Shown here in pieces: positions 54,626 through 63,509 of a stretch of 64,000 nt of DNA. Position 1 is the first letter of the stretch, and each line of letters opens with the position of its first letter. Under the pieces are notes generated by a model that made no database searches, was not told the origin of the DNA, and was given only the letters and a program-made list of their open reading frames with translations. This stretch comes from Dehalococcoidia bacterium (GTDB taxonomy: Bacteria; Chloroflexota; Dehalococcoidia; Lucifugimonadales; UBA3495), in NCBI GenBank assembly GCA_965261355.1, contig CBDHDK010000002.1, positions 130,456 through 194,455 of the forward strand, in the 5' to 3' direction. Both the position numbers and the translations under genes were made by a program.

Positions 54626-55849
54626 ATGCGTATCGCCTACATCCAGTCTGTCGGCGGGGCCAGCGGCGATATGCTGCTGGGCGCGCTGGTTGATGCGGGC
54701 CTTTCCCTGGACGTTCTTCGAAGCGAACTTGCAAGGCTGCCCGTCGCGGGCTACTCCATCGACGCCGCTGAGGAGACCCGTTGCGAGGTGCGCGGCACCC
54801 ACCTGAAGGTGCACCTGGAAGACCGCACCCGCCACACCCCTCTTGCGCTGCTCCAGGCCGTCGAAGAAAGCGGCCTCGACTCCTGCGTGAAGCAGCATGC
54901 TGTCTCTGTGCTCCAGGCGCTGTGGCAGGCCGAGGCGCGCGTGCACGGCGAATCGGAGGAAGCGCTTGAGCTGGAAGAGCTCGGCAGCGTCGACACCCTA
55001 GTGGACGTCGTCGGATTCTGCACCGGGCTCAGGGAGCTTGGCATAGAAAAAGTCTACGCCGCTCCTCTGGTGCTGGGCGAAACTGCACCGGCGCGCCGAC
55101 CGGGCGGATACTCCAACCCCGCGCCTGCCACGCTGGAGTTGATTGCCGCGAGGGGCGCTCCCGCAGCCGCCGACAGTCCCGTCCATGCCGGGGCGGGCGA
55201 GCTCACGACGCCGACGGGGGCTGCGCTCATAACGACCCTGGCCGAGTTCCGCCGGCCCGCCTTTTCTGTCCAGCACATTGGAGTTGGCCTCGGCACGAAG
55301 GACCCGCCGGGATTCGCCAACGCGCTTAGAGTATGGCTGGGTGAAACGGAAGGGGCGCACACCGAAGAGAAGCCCGACATCTTCCAGCCGGCCAGCGTGG
55401 TGCTGCTGGAGACCAACCTCGACGACGCCCCCGGGCTGGTGCTGGGCTACACGCAGGAGCGACTGTTCGCTCTCGGCGCGCTGGACGTTTGGCACACTCC
55501 GGTGCAGATGAAGAAGAACCGCCCCGGCGCAGTGCTGTCGGTGTTGGTGCCGCCTCACCTGGAGCAGGCCGCAGTCGAGCTGATCCTGCGGGAAACGCCG
55601 ACGCTCGGCATCCGCTCCCGTCAGGTCGACCGCTACGTTGCCGACCGGCACAGCGTCACCGTCGAGACCGAGTTCGGCCCCGTATCCGTCAAGGTGAAGT
55701 CGCTGGCCTCAACCAATGGGGGCTTGGAACCTATCAGCGCCGCACCCGAGCCCGACGACTGCCGCCGCATTGCCATTGAGACCGGCCTGCCCTTCCAGGA
55801 AGTCTACCAGCGGGTTGCCGAGGCCGCCCGGCAACAGCTCCCGGTCTGA
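54626..55849 (+). CDS. larC: nickel-pincer cofactor biosynthesis protein LarC (nickel insertion, DUF111)
   Basis: 407 aa with the N-terminus MRIAYIQSVGGASGDMLLGALVDAG. This is a full-length fused form. Confidence 0.85.
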   Translation: MRIAYIQSVGGASGDMLLGALVDAGLSLDVLRSELARLPVAGYSIDAAEETRCEVRGTHLKVHLEDRTRHTPLALLQAVEESGLDSCVKQHAVSVLQALWQAEARVHGESEEALELEELGSVDTLVDVVGFCTGLRELGIEKVYAAPLVLGETAPARRPGGYSNPAPATLELIAARGAPAAADSPVHAGAGELTTPTGAALITTLAEFRRPAFSVQHIGVGLGTKDPPGFANALRVWLGETEGAHTEEKPDIFQPASVVLLETNLDDAPGLVLGYTQERLFALGALDVWHTPVQMKKNRPGAVLSVLVPPHLEQAAVELILRETPTLGIRSRQVDRYVADRHSVTVETEFGPVSVKVKSLASTNGGLEPISAAPEPDDCRRIAIETGLPFQEVYQRVAEAARQQLPV

Positions 55850-55853
55850 ACCA

Positions 55854-56660
55854 ATGGCCGTGAACCCGGAAAGCCACGGCGGCGACATCGAGCGGCTGCT
55901 GGAGCAGGTGCGCGACGGGGACCTGAGCACCGACCAGGCCCTGGAACGGCTGCGCGATCTGCCATACCAGGACCTCGGCTACGCCCGCATCGACCACCAC
56001 CGCCCGCTTCGCACCGGCTCGCCGGAGGTGGTGCTGGGCAAGGGCAAGACGCCGCAGCAGGTGGCGGGCATCGTGGCGGCACTGAAGGGACGAGGACATC
56101 CGGTGCTGGTGACGAAGACCGGGTGGGACGCCTACACCGCCGCCATTGAAGTCGCACCAGAAGCCGAGTTCCACGAACCAGCGGGCGCAATCGTCATTCC
56201 GCCAGAGTCCGAGATGCCCAAGACCTCGGGAGCGCTGATCGTTACCGCTGGCACCGCCGACCTGCCGGTGGCGGAGGAGGCGCTGCTCACCGCACGGCTC
56301 ATGGGACAGGACCCAGCACTCATCGCCGACGTGGGCGTGGCCGGACTGCACCGGCTGCTGGACCGCCTTCCCGAAATACGGAAAGCCAAGGTCATCATCG
56401 TCGTCGCCGGCATGGACGCCGCTTTGCCGTCGGTGATCGCCGGGCTGGTGGCGGTGCCGATCATTGCCGTGCCCACCAGCGCGGGCTACGGCGCCAGCTT
56501 CGAAGGCCTGGCCGCGCTGCTGGCGATGCTGAATAGCTGCGCGCCAGGGGTGGCTGTGGTGAATATCGACAACGGCTTCGGCGCGGGATACCTGGCGGCC
56601 CGGATCAACCGCGGCGCGAACTTCTTATCAGACCGCCCCGAGGAGCAGACAGAACAGTGA
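55854..56660 (+). CDS. larB: pyridinium-3,5-biscarboxylic acid mononucleotide synthase LarB (AIR-carboxylase-like)
   Basis: 268 aa from the ATG at 55854. Contains ARIDHHRPLRTGSPEVVLGKGKT, VTAGTADLPVAEEA and VAGMDAALPSV. Confidence 0.85.
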   Translation: MAVNPESHGGDIERLLEQVRDGDLSTDQALERLRDLPYQDLGYARIDHHRPLRTGSPEVVLGKGKTPQQVAGIVAALKGRGHPVLVTKTGWDAYTAAIEVAPEAEFHEPAGAIVIPPESEMPKTSGALIVTAGTADLPVAEEALLTARLMGQDPALIADVGVAGLHRLLDRLPEIRKAKVIIVVAGMDAALPSVIAGLVAVPIIAVPTSAGYGASFEGLAALLAMLNSCAPGVAVVNIDNGFGAGYLAARINRGANFLSDRPEEQTEQ

Positions 56661-56800
56661 ACTGCCGCGTCGGCTGCATGCTCCTCGCCATCCTGTTCGC
56701 CCTGATGTTCGTGTTCGGCGGGATGTTCTGCCGCGTCGTCGTGCCTTTCAGCCCTGACCCGGCGGAGCATCGGTCAAGGGTCGAACCGCAGGCGGGGATT

Positions 56801-57181
56801 CTAGAACTCCACGGCGTGCTTGATGTGATCCACCGACAATAACGCGCCTCCGCGGTCAAGGTTCACGCAGACAAGGTCAATGCGCCACGGGGTCGATGAG
56901 CTGTATCCGGCTGGCGTTTGAGTTTGCAGGAACTCCTCCGCAACGGCGGCTATGCGTTCCGCCCGTCCGGGCGAGATGGACTCGACAGCCTCGCCGAAGG
57001 CGTCTCCCCGCCGGGTCTTGACCTCCACGAATACCAGCTCTTCGCCGCAGGTGGCTACGATGTCGATCTCGCCGGTACGGGAACGGAAGTTGGTGGCTGT
57101 GATGCCGTATCCCTTGGCTTCGAGGTGCAGTCCCGCCTGTCTCTCGCCCCAGCGCCCCAGTTCGGCGTTGCCAGCGCTCAC
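56801..57181 (-). CDS. yraN: YraN family endonuclease-like protein (UPF0102)
   Basis: Contains GERQAGLHLEAKGY, GEIDIVA and LVFVEVKTRR. GTG start in a GTGA overlap with the rnhB stop. Confidence 0.85.
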   Translation of the reverse strand: MSAGNAELGRWGERQAGLHLEAKGYGITATNFRSRTGEIDIVATCGEELVFVEVKTRRGDAFGEAVESISPGRAERIAAVAEEFLQTQTPAGYSSSTPWRIDLVCVNLDRGGALLSVDHIKHAVEF

Positions 57182-57822
57182 CAGACGGGCCGCTCGCGGA
57201 GGTCGAGTCGGGCCTGCGCCACAGGGGCAAAGGAACGACGGTGAATATCGCAGGGGCCGATTTCCCGCAGCCGCTCAAGGTGCAGAGCGGTGGCGTACCC
57301 CTTGTGCCGCGCGAAGCCGTACCCCGGGTACTCCAGTTCGTGATCGGTCATGATGCGGTCCCGTGTCACCTTGGCCACGTTGGAGGCGGCGGCGATGCTG
57401 TAGCTCCGGCTGTCCCCCTTGACCAAGGTATCGTAGGGATAGTGACACTCTCGCACCGGAATGTAGTCCAGCAGCAGGTGCGCCGGCCTGACGCTCAAGT
57501 CGTCGGCGGCCGTCAGCATCGCCCGCAGCGCCGCGACGCCGACTCCGGTGCGGTCAATCTCCGCCGGGTCGACCACGGCCACCGCCCACGCCAGCGCGTG
57601 TTCCTGCACAGCCTCAAACGCCTGCTCCCGTCTCGCCGCCGTCAGCCGCTTGGAATCGTCCAGCAGCCGGAGCCATTTCTCTCGCCCCGTCAGCTCAGGC
57701 GGCAGTATGACGGCCGCCGCCACCACCGGCCCGGCCAGCGGCCCACGCCCGGCCTCGTCGGCCCCAGCCACCGGACGGACGCCGCGCCCCAACAGCGCTA
57801 GCTCCAGGGAGAGGTCGGGCAT
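57178..57822 (-). CDS. rnhB: ribonuclease HII
   Basis: 214 aa with AGADEAGRGPLAGPVVAAAV and LDDSKRL motifs. Confidence 0.9.
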   Translation of the reverse strand: MPDLSLELALLGRGVRPVAGADEAGRGPLAGPVVAAAVILPPELTGREKWLRLLDDSKRLTAARREQAFEAVQEHALAWAVAVVDPAEIDRTGVGVAALRAMLTAADDLSVRPAHLLLDYIPVRECHYPYDTLVKGDSRSYSIAAASNVAKVTRDRIMTDHELEYPGYGFARHKGYATALHLERLREIGPCDIHRRSFAPVAQARLDLRERPVW

Positions 57823-58083
57823 TTAATTGTCGCTACTGGGCAAGGCGTCATCGCCAAACAGGTGCGGCTGAAGGAGGTGCTTTGCGCCCCTGAGCATGAC
57901 GCCGGTAACGGTCCTTCCGTCTTCATCGAAGAAGACGATGCAGCCGGGAAAGAGGTCCATTCCTCCTGGTGCGGGCTTCCCGTTTCCCATCCAGAGAGTA
58001 TCGGACTCTTCATCGTATTCGATCTCGCGGGAGAGATCGGCGGGGGTCAGAAATTTCTTCTCGTGTCCGGTGTCGGAAAGCAT
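57823..58083 (-). CDS. DUF2283-domain protein (putative antitoxin-like partner)
   Basis: 86 aa with the characteristic IEYDEESDTLWM segment. The stop abuts the rnhB start (TAAATG). Lower GC. Confidence 0.6.
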   Translation of the reverse strand: MLSDTGHEKKFLTPADLSREIEYDEESDTLWMGNGKPAPGGMDLFPGCIVFFDEDGRTVTGVMLRGAKHLLQPHLFGDDALPSSDN

Positions 58084-58409
58084 TCGCGCCCTCCTTGTAA
58101 TTCGGTGAAGTGGTCGCGGAATGCGGTGTACAAAGCACCTTCCGGATCAATTACAACTCGAAACCATGCGCCGCCTGCGGCATCATACAAGCTTATTGTC
58201 TCATCCGCCGCAGGCGGGTAGTACCTATAAAATTCCTGATATCTCCCCGACTCGTCGTCTTGCGACTGTGTGTCGGCAGGATATCCCAGTGTATCCATGA
58301 TTACGTCGGCCGACAGTCCAAACTGGTGCAAATGTCTTCGCGAGCTGGTCCTTCGCCAGTATCTGCTTTTTGGAAGCTCATTAAATTCGTACTGATGAAA
58401 GGGATTCAA
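58047..58409 (-). CDS. DUF4258-like protein (putative toxin-like partner)
   Basis: 120 aa. RRHLHQFGLSADVIMDTLGYP ... FRVVIDPEGALYTAF resembles the H..R....GIs...v...l / VV.d....iiT layout of DUF4258. It overlaps the 3' end of mnmA by 29 nt and the DUF2283 gene by 37 nt. Confidence 0.45.
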   Translation of the reverse strand: MNPFHQYEFNELPKSRYWRRTSSRRHLHQFGLSADVIMDTLGYPADTQSQDDESGRYQEFYRYYPPAADETISLYDAAGGAWFRVVIDPEGALYTAFRDHFTELQGGRECFPTPDTRRNF

Positions 58410-59541
58410 TCTCTTTTCCGGCTATATCAGCCACATCCCACCCTGGCTCGATGGTGCCGCCGCCCAGCAGCCGGTCGCCTTCGTAGAAGACCGCGGCCTG
58501 GCCAGGAGTCACGGCCCGCTGCGGCTCCCGGAACCGCACCAGCGCGCCTTCGTGCCGCGGGTGCAGCGTCGCCGGGGCCTCGTAGGCCTTGTAGCGAATC
58601 TTGACCGACACTGGCATCCCTTCTACTGGCGCAATGCCGCCGACGTAGTTGACGCCCGATAGCCAGGCCTTGTCAGCGAACAGGGCGCTCTCGGGGCCGA
58701 CCACCACGCGGTTGTCGGCGGCGTCCAGCCGGATGACGTAGCGTGGCTCTTCGCTGTACGGCAGCGAACCCAGCCCACGCCGCTGTCCGATGGTGTAGTA
58801 CTCGATGCCCTGGTGCGTTCCCAGCACCTTGCCTGAAATGTCCACAATCTCGCCGGGGATGTCCTCGGTCCTCTGCCGGAGGAACTCGCGATAGTCGCCC
58901 AGCGGGATGAAGCAGATGTCCTGGCTGTCTGGCTTGTCGGCTGTAATCATCGCGGCGGCGACGGCCATCCGGCGGATTTCGTCCTTGCGGTACCCGCCAA
59001 CGGGGAGCAGGGTGCGCGACAGCTGGGTCTGTGTCATGCCGAAAAGCACGTAGGACTGGTCCTTGGCTTGGTCGACAGCCTTGTGCAGCGTCGCGCCGCC
59101 TGCTGTTCGCTCGATGCGGGCGTAGTGGCCGGTCGCGACGTACTGCGCCCCGAGGGCGTCGGCACGGTCCATCAGCTGGCTGAACTTGATCCTGTCATTG
59201 CAGGCGATGCAGGGGTGCGGCGTGCGGCCGCGTCGGTACTCGTCCACGAAGTAGTCCATCACACGGTCGCGGAACTCGCGCTCCATGTTCAGCACATAGT
59301 GAGGAATGCCCAGACGTCGGCAGACGGAGCGGACGTCCTCCACGTCGTCCAGCGTGCAGCAGCCCTGGTGGTCAGCGGGCAGCTCGGATTCGTCGAGGCT
59401 GTACAGCTTCAGCGTCACGCCGATAACGTCCCATCCCGCCTGTTGCAGCAACAGGGCGGCAACGGAGGAGTCGACACCACCGCTCATGGCCACTACGACC
59501 CTGTTCGGCTCAATGTTCCCGGTCATATCGTTCCCGGTCAT
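58381..59541 (-). CDS. mnmA: tRNA 2-thiouridine(34) synthase MnmA
   Basis: PP-loop VVVAMSGGVDSSVAA, C..DD and RTPHPCIACN. I prefer the ATG at 59541 (GAGGTG 9 nt upstream). The ORF is open to 59592. Confidence 0.88.
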   Translation of the reverse strand: MTGNDMTGNIEPNRVVVAMSGGVDSSVAALLLQQAGWDVIGVTLKLYSLDESELPADHQGCCTLDDVEDVRSVCRRLGIPHYVLNMEREFRDRVMDYFVDEYRRGRTPHPCIACNDRIKFSQLMDRADALGAQYVATGHYARIERTAGGATLHKAVDQAKDQSYVLFGMTQTQLSRTLLPVGGYRKDEIRRMAVAAAMITADKPDSQDICFIPLGDYREFLRQRTEDIPGEIVDISGKVLGTHQGIEYYTIGQRRGLGSLPYSEEPRYVIRLDAADNRVVVGPESALFADKAWLSGVNYVGGIAPVEGMPVSVKIRYKAYEAPATLHPRHEGALVRFREPQRAVTPGQAAVFYEGDRLLGGGTIEPGWDVADIAGKEIESLSSVRI

Positions 59542-59634
59542 ATGGAAAAGCACCTCTGAATCCAGCCTAGCATACCGTGGCGAAACTTGCACAACAGGCT
59601 GCCCTCGCGAGCGGCTGCCGCCTGGCCGGCACCG

Positions 59635-61497
59635 TCAGGGAGCGTCGGAAAGTCTCTCGCAAGCAACTCCATCGCTGTTGCCGTCCAGGCGATGCGGATC
59701 GCTGTCTGGACCGCCTTCAGCTTCGTAGAAGTCCTGCGCTTCCCGCCAGGTGTCGAAGTCGCCACAGTTGCGGTCTTCGAACTCTTCGGCGGAAGAGGTG
59801 GGCTGCGAAGTCTCAGCCGAGAGCGGCGAAGTCCCGGGGGAACCGCTGCCATCCGGAGCGCTGCGCAATGTTTCGCAGGCCACGCCGTCGCCGTTCCTGT
59901 CCAGGCGGTGCGGGTCCCGGTTTGGCCCGCCCTGAAACTCGAAGAAGGCTTGTGCCGACTGCCAGTCGGCGAAGTCGCCGCAGTTCCGGTCCACGAAATC
60001 CGCCGACGAGGCAGTGGATTCCGGCGTGGAAGGGCTGGAGTCCGACTGCGGTGTATCGGCGAGGGACTCGCACACAACGCCGTCGCTGTTGCCGTCTAGA
60101 CGATGCGGGTCGTGTTCCGGTCCGCCCGCGGCGTAGTAGAAGTTCTGGGCGTCCCACCATGATTCGAAGTCGGAGCAGCTTCTGTCCGCCCCTTTCGGGT
60201 CATAGGGAAGTCCCGAGTAGGTTACCGTTGGAGCTGCAGGTTGAGTTGGAACGGGTGTGGACTCGCGAGCAGGGGTTGGAGCGGGGGTGGGCGTATGAGT
60301 GGGAACCGGGGTCGCGGCAGGCGATGGAGGCGGCGGCAGTGTCGGCGTGGGTGTGGCAACCGGAGTGGGAGTCAATTGGGCGGGACCTACAACCCTCTGA
60401 TGCGGAGGGTAAGGGGATATCAATCCCGCGTTGGGACCGTCCGCGCCTTCCTGCGGGACAGAAGACTGTGAGCGGGGAAGGGAAGTGCAGGGCTCGCCGT
60501 CTCCATCGGAATCGAGATGGTGCGGGTCTTTTCCAGGGCCTCCGGCCGCGAGGAAAAAGGCCAGTGCTTCCTCGTAGGTATCAAACTCCCCACAATCCCG
60601 GTCGGGGCCGAAGGGATCGTACCGCAGGTCGGGCGACAGCGTCGGCGTCGGCGCCGGGGCGGGCGTCGGAGACGGACCGGGACGGGGCTCCTGCTCGATG
60701 ACGGCGGTCGGGGACGGCCCGTCGCTCGCCGCATCGGACCGCTGGAGCAGAACGGGCATCGGGCAGGTATCCAGCATCTCGCGCAGGGCCCGGAATTCTG
60801 CCTCGGTAACGGTCAACTGCCAGCCATGCTTGATGGCGACCCAGTCAGTGGCATAGTCGCACCAGTAGGCCTCCAGGGACGGCCGCCACGCCTCGGGACC
60901 CTTCGAACCCTTGGAGCGATTGGCACTGCTGGTCGTGGCAATGAGGTGGTCTTCGTACCCCAGATAGTTGGCGTACTCCCGCTTGCGGTCACGGTCCAAC
61001 GACCAGGCCCCGGACCGGTGCGCGTTCTGCAGCGGTACCATGTGGTCCACGTCCAGGTCGCTTGGATCGCTCACCCCGATGCCGGTGTACGGTCCCACCC
61101 AGTTGCCCGACTCCACTCGACATTCTTCGGAGGACTCGAAGGACACGGGTGTCAGGGACTCCTCGATCAGCACCTCCTGCCTTGCGTTCTGGCAGTTGCC
61201 GTCGTCATCGACCCAGTGTCGCCAATCGCCGCGATCGTAATCCGCCAGGTCCGGCGCAACCGGGGCAACGGCAACCTGCAGCACCAGCCCGTCAGCGGCC
61301 CGGGTGGCGCTCGGAGTGGCCGCCGCCGGCGTCAGCGCTGTGGTAGCCGGGGTTGGCGTTGGAGCAGCTGTGCTGGTGGGAGCAGGGGTTGCCGTCGCAA
61401 GAAAATCACAACCGGCCCAAGCCATAGCCAGGAGCAGGCACAGCATCAAGGGCGCAACCCGACCGGACTTCCCGCGGAATCCATTGTTCTGATTCAC
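59635..61497 (-). CDS. secreted lipoprotein nuclease: DUF1524/HNH-type nuclease domain + four Excalibur calcium-binding repeats
   Basis: Signal peptide plus lipobox AWAGC. It has a nuclease-like block DRGDWRHWVDDDGNCQNARQEVL...DVDHMVPLQNAHRSGA...SANRSKG. Four copies of DR.C.DF..W..AQ.F....GGP..DPH.LD..GDG..CE.L are separated by Pro/Thr-rich linkers. Confidence 0.8.
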   Translation of the reverse strand: MNQNNGFRGKSGRVAPLMLCLLLAMAWAGCDFLATATPAPTSTAAPTPTPATTALTPAAATPSATRAADGLVLQVAVAPVAPDLADYDRGDWRHWVDDDGNCQNARQEVLIEESLTPVSFESSEECRVESGNWVGPYTGIGVSDPSDLDVDHMVPLQNAHRSGAWSLDRDRKREYANYLGYEDHLIATTSSANRSKGSKGPEAWRPSLEAYWCDYATDWVAIKHGWQLTVTEAEFRALREMLDTCPMPVLLQRSDAASDGPSPTAVIEQEPRPGPSPTPAPAPTPTLSPDLRYDPFGPDRDCGEFDTYEEALAFFLAAGGPGKDPHHLDSDGDGEPCTSLPRSQSSVPQEGADGPNAGLISPYPPHQRVVGPAQLTPTPVATPTPTLPPPPSPAATPVPTHTPTPAPTPARESTPVPTQPAAPTVTYSGLPYDPKGADRSCSDFESWWDAQNFYYAAGGPEHDPHRLDGNSDGVVCESLADTPQSDSSPSTPESTASSADFVDRNCGDFADWQSAQAFFEFQGGPNRDPHRLDRNGDGVACETLRSAPDGSGSPGTSPLSAETSQPTSSAEEFEDRNCGDFDTWREAQDFYEAEGGPDSDPHRLDGNSDGVACERLSDAP

Positions 61498-61516
61498 TGC
61501 CTTGCCTGCTTATCCA

Positions 61517-61568
61517 TTAAATGCACTTCATCCCCTTGAATGCGCTTCGCCTTAAATACACTTCATCG
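61517..61568. repeat. three tandem about 17-nt direct repeats TTAAATGCACTTCATCC / TTGAATGCGCTTCGCC / TTAAATACACTTCATCG
   Basis: Read directly from the sequence. They lie 20-70 nt upstream of the nuclease gene start, in the divergent region shared with the RDD gene. Confidence 0.8.
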
Positions 61569-61793
61569 ACGACACCTGGAATGTTCCCAACCGGCGCCCA
61601 TTTTTGTCTCAGCAGCCTGCGCCTCCTGCAGCACCCAAAATGCGGTACTCGGGCACGCGGAAACGTGCTGCGACTCCGGTGTGGGCCCCCAGATTATATT
61701 CCCGTCCGGACAGTTCGCTCACCGGGTTGAGCGTCGGAATGAAGCCGCGTATGCTGTTTGTGGTTGATTTCGCTCCAACAGGGCATTGAATAG

Positions 61794-62687
61794 ATGACCA
61801 CTGACCCCGGTCCACAGGCCGGACCTTCCTTCTGTGGCAACTGCGGAGCCACCATCGAATTCGGAAGCCCCGCCTGCGCAAGCTGCGGTCAACGGGTGGA
61901 GCCCTCCTTCGCGCCGTCCGACGCGCCCACGCGGGACTACATACCCTACTGCCGCAGCTGCGGCGTGGGCGTTCCCTGGGAAAAAGGCCATGCCTGCCAG
62001 CGCTGCGGAGTAGCTCCCCTGTGCGACCTTCACTTCCGGTCCGCCACAGGCATGTGCCTCGACTGCTCGGCAGCCCCGTCGTTTGGGAGCGCGGAGGCCG
62101 TCGCGCAGACGGCGCAGGGGCTGTCCTGCAGACGGTGCGGCGGAGCCCTGTTCCCCGACGTGGAGTTCTGCCCCAATTGCGGCTTGGCGGCCACGGTCGG
62201 TTCAGCCCATGCTATAGAGTACATGGGATTCTGGATCCGGTTCGCCGCGTTCGTCGCCGACTGGATAATTGTCTACGTCGCCGCGGCAATCGCCGCCGCG
62301 ATAATCGGCATATCCATGACCTCCGGAGACATAGACCCCCAGGCGATGGAAGACTTTTCCATCGCCATCGAGAATCTCAACTACAGCTTCCTTTTACTCT
62401 TCTGCGCGACTTTTGCGGTCTACAGTATCGTAATGACCGTAGTCAGGGGCCAGACGCTGGGCAAGATGCTGCTCCGCATCCAGGTTGTGGACGCCGAGGG
62501 AAACATCCCCCCCTGGCACAAGGCTCTCGTGAGAGAACTGCTGCGCGGGATCATCCTGCTGGCGCTGTTTCCTCTCGGCCTGCTGTACATCTGGGTGGGC
62601 ATGGACTCCCGCAAACGCGGCCCCCATGACTACCTGGGAGGAAGCTTCGTCGTCCGCAAGGCACCCAGGCGACCGCGGGGGTTCTAG
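61794..62687 (+). CDS. zinc-ribbon + RDD-family membrane protein
   Basis: The N-terminus has three CxxC...CxxC ribbons (CGNCG..CASCG, CRSCG..CQRCG, CRRCG..CPNCG). The C-terminus is an RDD domain (FWIRFAAFVADWIIVY ... RGQTLGKMLL ... HDYLGGSFVV). Confidence 0.8.
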   Translation: MTTDPGPQAGPSFCGNCGATIEFGSPACASCGQRVEPSFAPSDAPTRDYIPYCRSCGVGVPWEKGHACQRCGVAPLCDLHFRSATGMCLDCSAAPSFGSAEAVAQTAQGLSCRRCGGALFPDVEFCPNCGLAATVGSAHAIEYMGFWIRFAAFVADWIIVYVAAAIAAAIIGISMTSGDIDPQAMEDFSIAIENLNYSFLLLFCATFAVYSIVMTVVRGQTLGKMLLRIQVVDAEGNIPPWHKALVRELLRGIILLALFPLGLLYIWVGMDSRKRGPHDYLGGSFVVRKAPRRPRGF

Positions 62688-62867
62688 GAATCCTCTGAAA
62701 GAGGGCGTTTTGGCCTGGGTTGTGTTTGACGGAGCGGCGAATGGGGTGAGGACTGCGGTCAGAGGGGCTTGCCGACCGGCACTCAGCCCCTTGCGTTTCG
62801 TCCCTGACTGGGCCCGTTGGGGACTTGATGCAGCCCTGAGGCCGCCATTGCCCCGTATCAACGCGCA

Positions 62868-63505
62868 CTACGCCCCCAGTCGACCCTCCGCCGTCAGCAG
62901 GTACCCAACCCGAACAGCACCGCCAGCCGCTCCGAGTTCTTCGCCAGCCCCCGGGTAGCCGACATCGACCCATACCACACTCTCACCCCCGCGCAGCAGA
63001 TTGTGTGCCTGCGAAACGTCGTGAGCGTTGGTTGCCGTTGCGCTCATGCTGTGCAAAATGCCCATCTCCGAGTCCACCCCGATGTGCGCCTTCATCCCAA
63101 AATACCACTGGTTCCCCTTCCTGGTCTGATGCATCTTCGGGTCCCGCTCCGCAGCCCGGTTCTTGGTGGACGACGGGGCCTCGATGTCCCAGCTTGTGTC
63201 TTTCCAGAGGATGCCGGAAATTCAGGATGGTGGTCTCGTCGGGCAGGGGGCCTGAGAGCTTCAGCCCCGCGAACCGCCTGACAGGGTGGACTCGTAGAGC
63301 AGGTCCTCCATGCCCGGGTCGCTCAGAGCCTGCCCCCGCGGAGGCGGGGGTTGTAGAAGAGGTGGACGCAGTGGACCCTCAGCATGGCGCGCAGCGGGTA
63401 GGGATGGCGTCCCCGCCCGGCCTTGGGACAGAAGGGGCGGATGCGATTCCCCAGGCTCTGCCAGGGAATCAGGCCATCCATCCGCTCCGACAGCTCGATT
63501 GCCAA
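62868..63505 (-). pseudogene. IS5-family transposase remnant (frameshifted, internally deleted, 5'-truncated)
   Basis: Fragments in different frames read LIPWQSL...[54 protein letters not shown] and [38 protein letters not shown]...NAHDV. There are no intact ends. Decay may extend down to about 62690. Confidence 0.75.
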
Positions 63506-63509
63506 CCCC

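Noticed and set aside
56657-56842. 61-aa hydrophobic ORF overlapping the larB stop (GTGA)
   Set aside because: It is plausible as a coupled small membrane protein, but it is very short with no family features. It also partly overlaps the convergent yraN 3' end. The evidence is insufficient.
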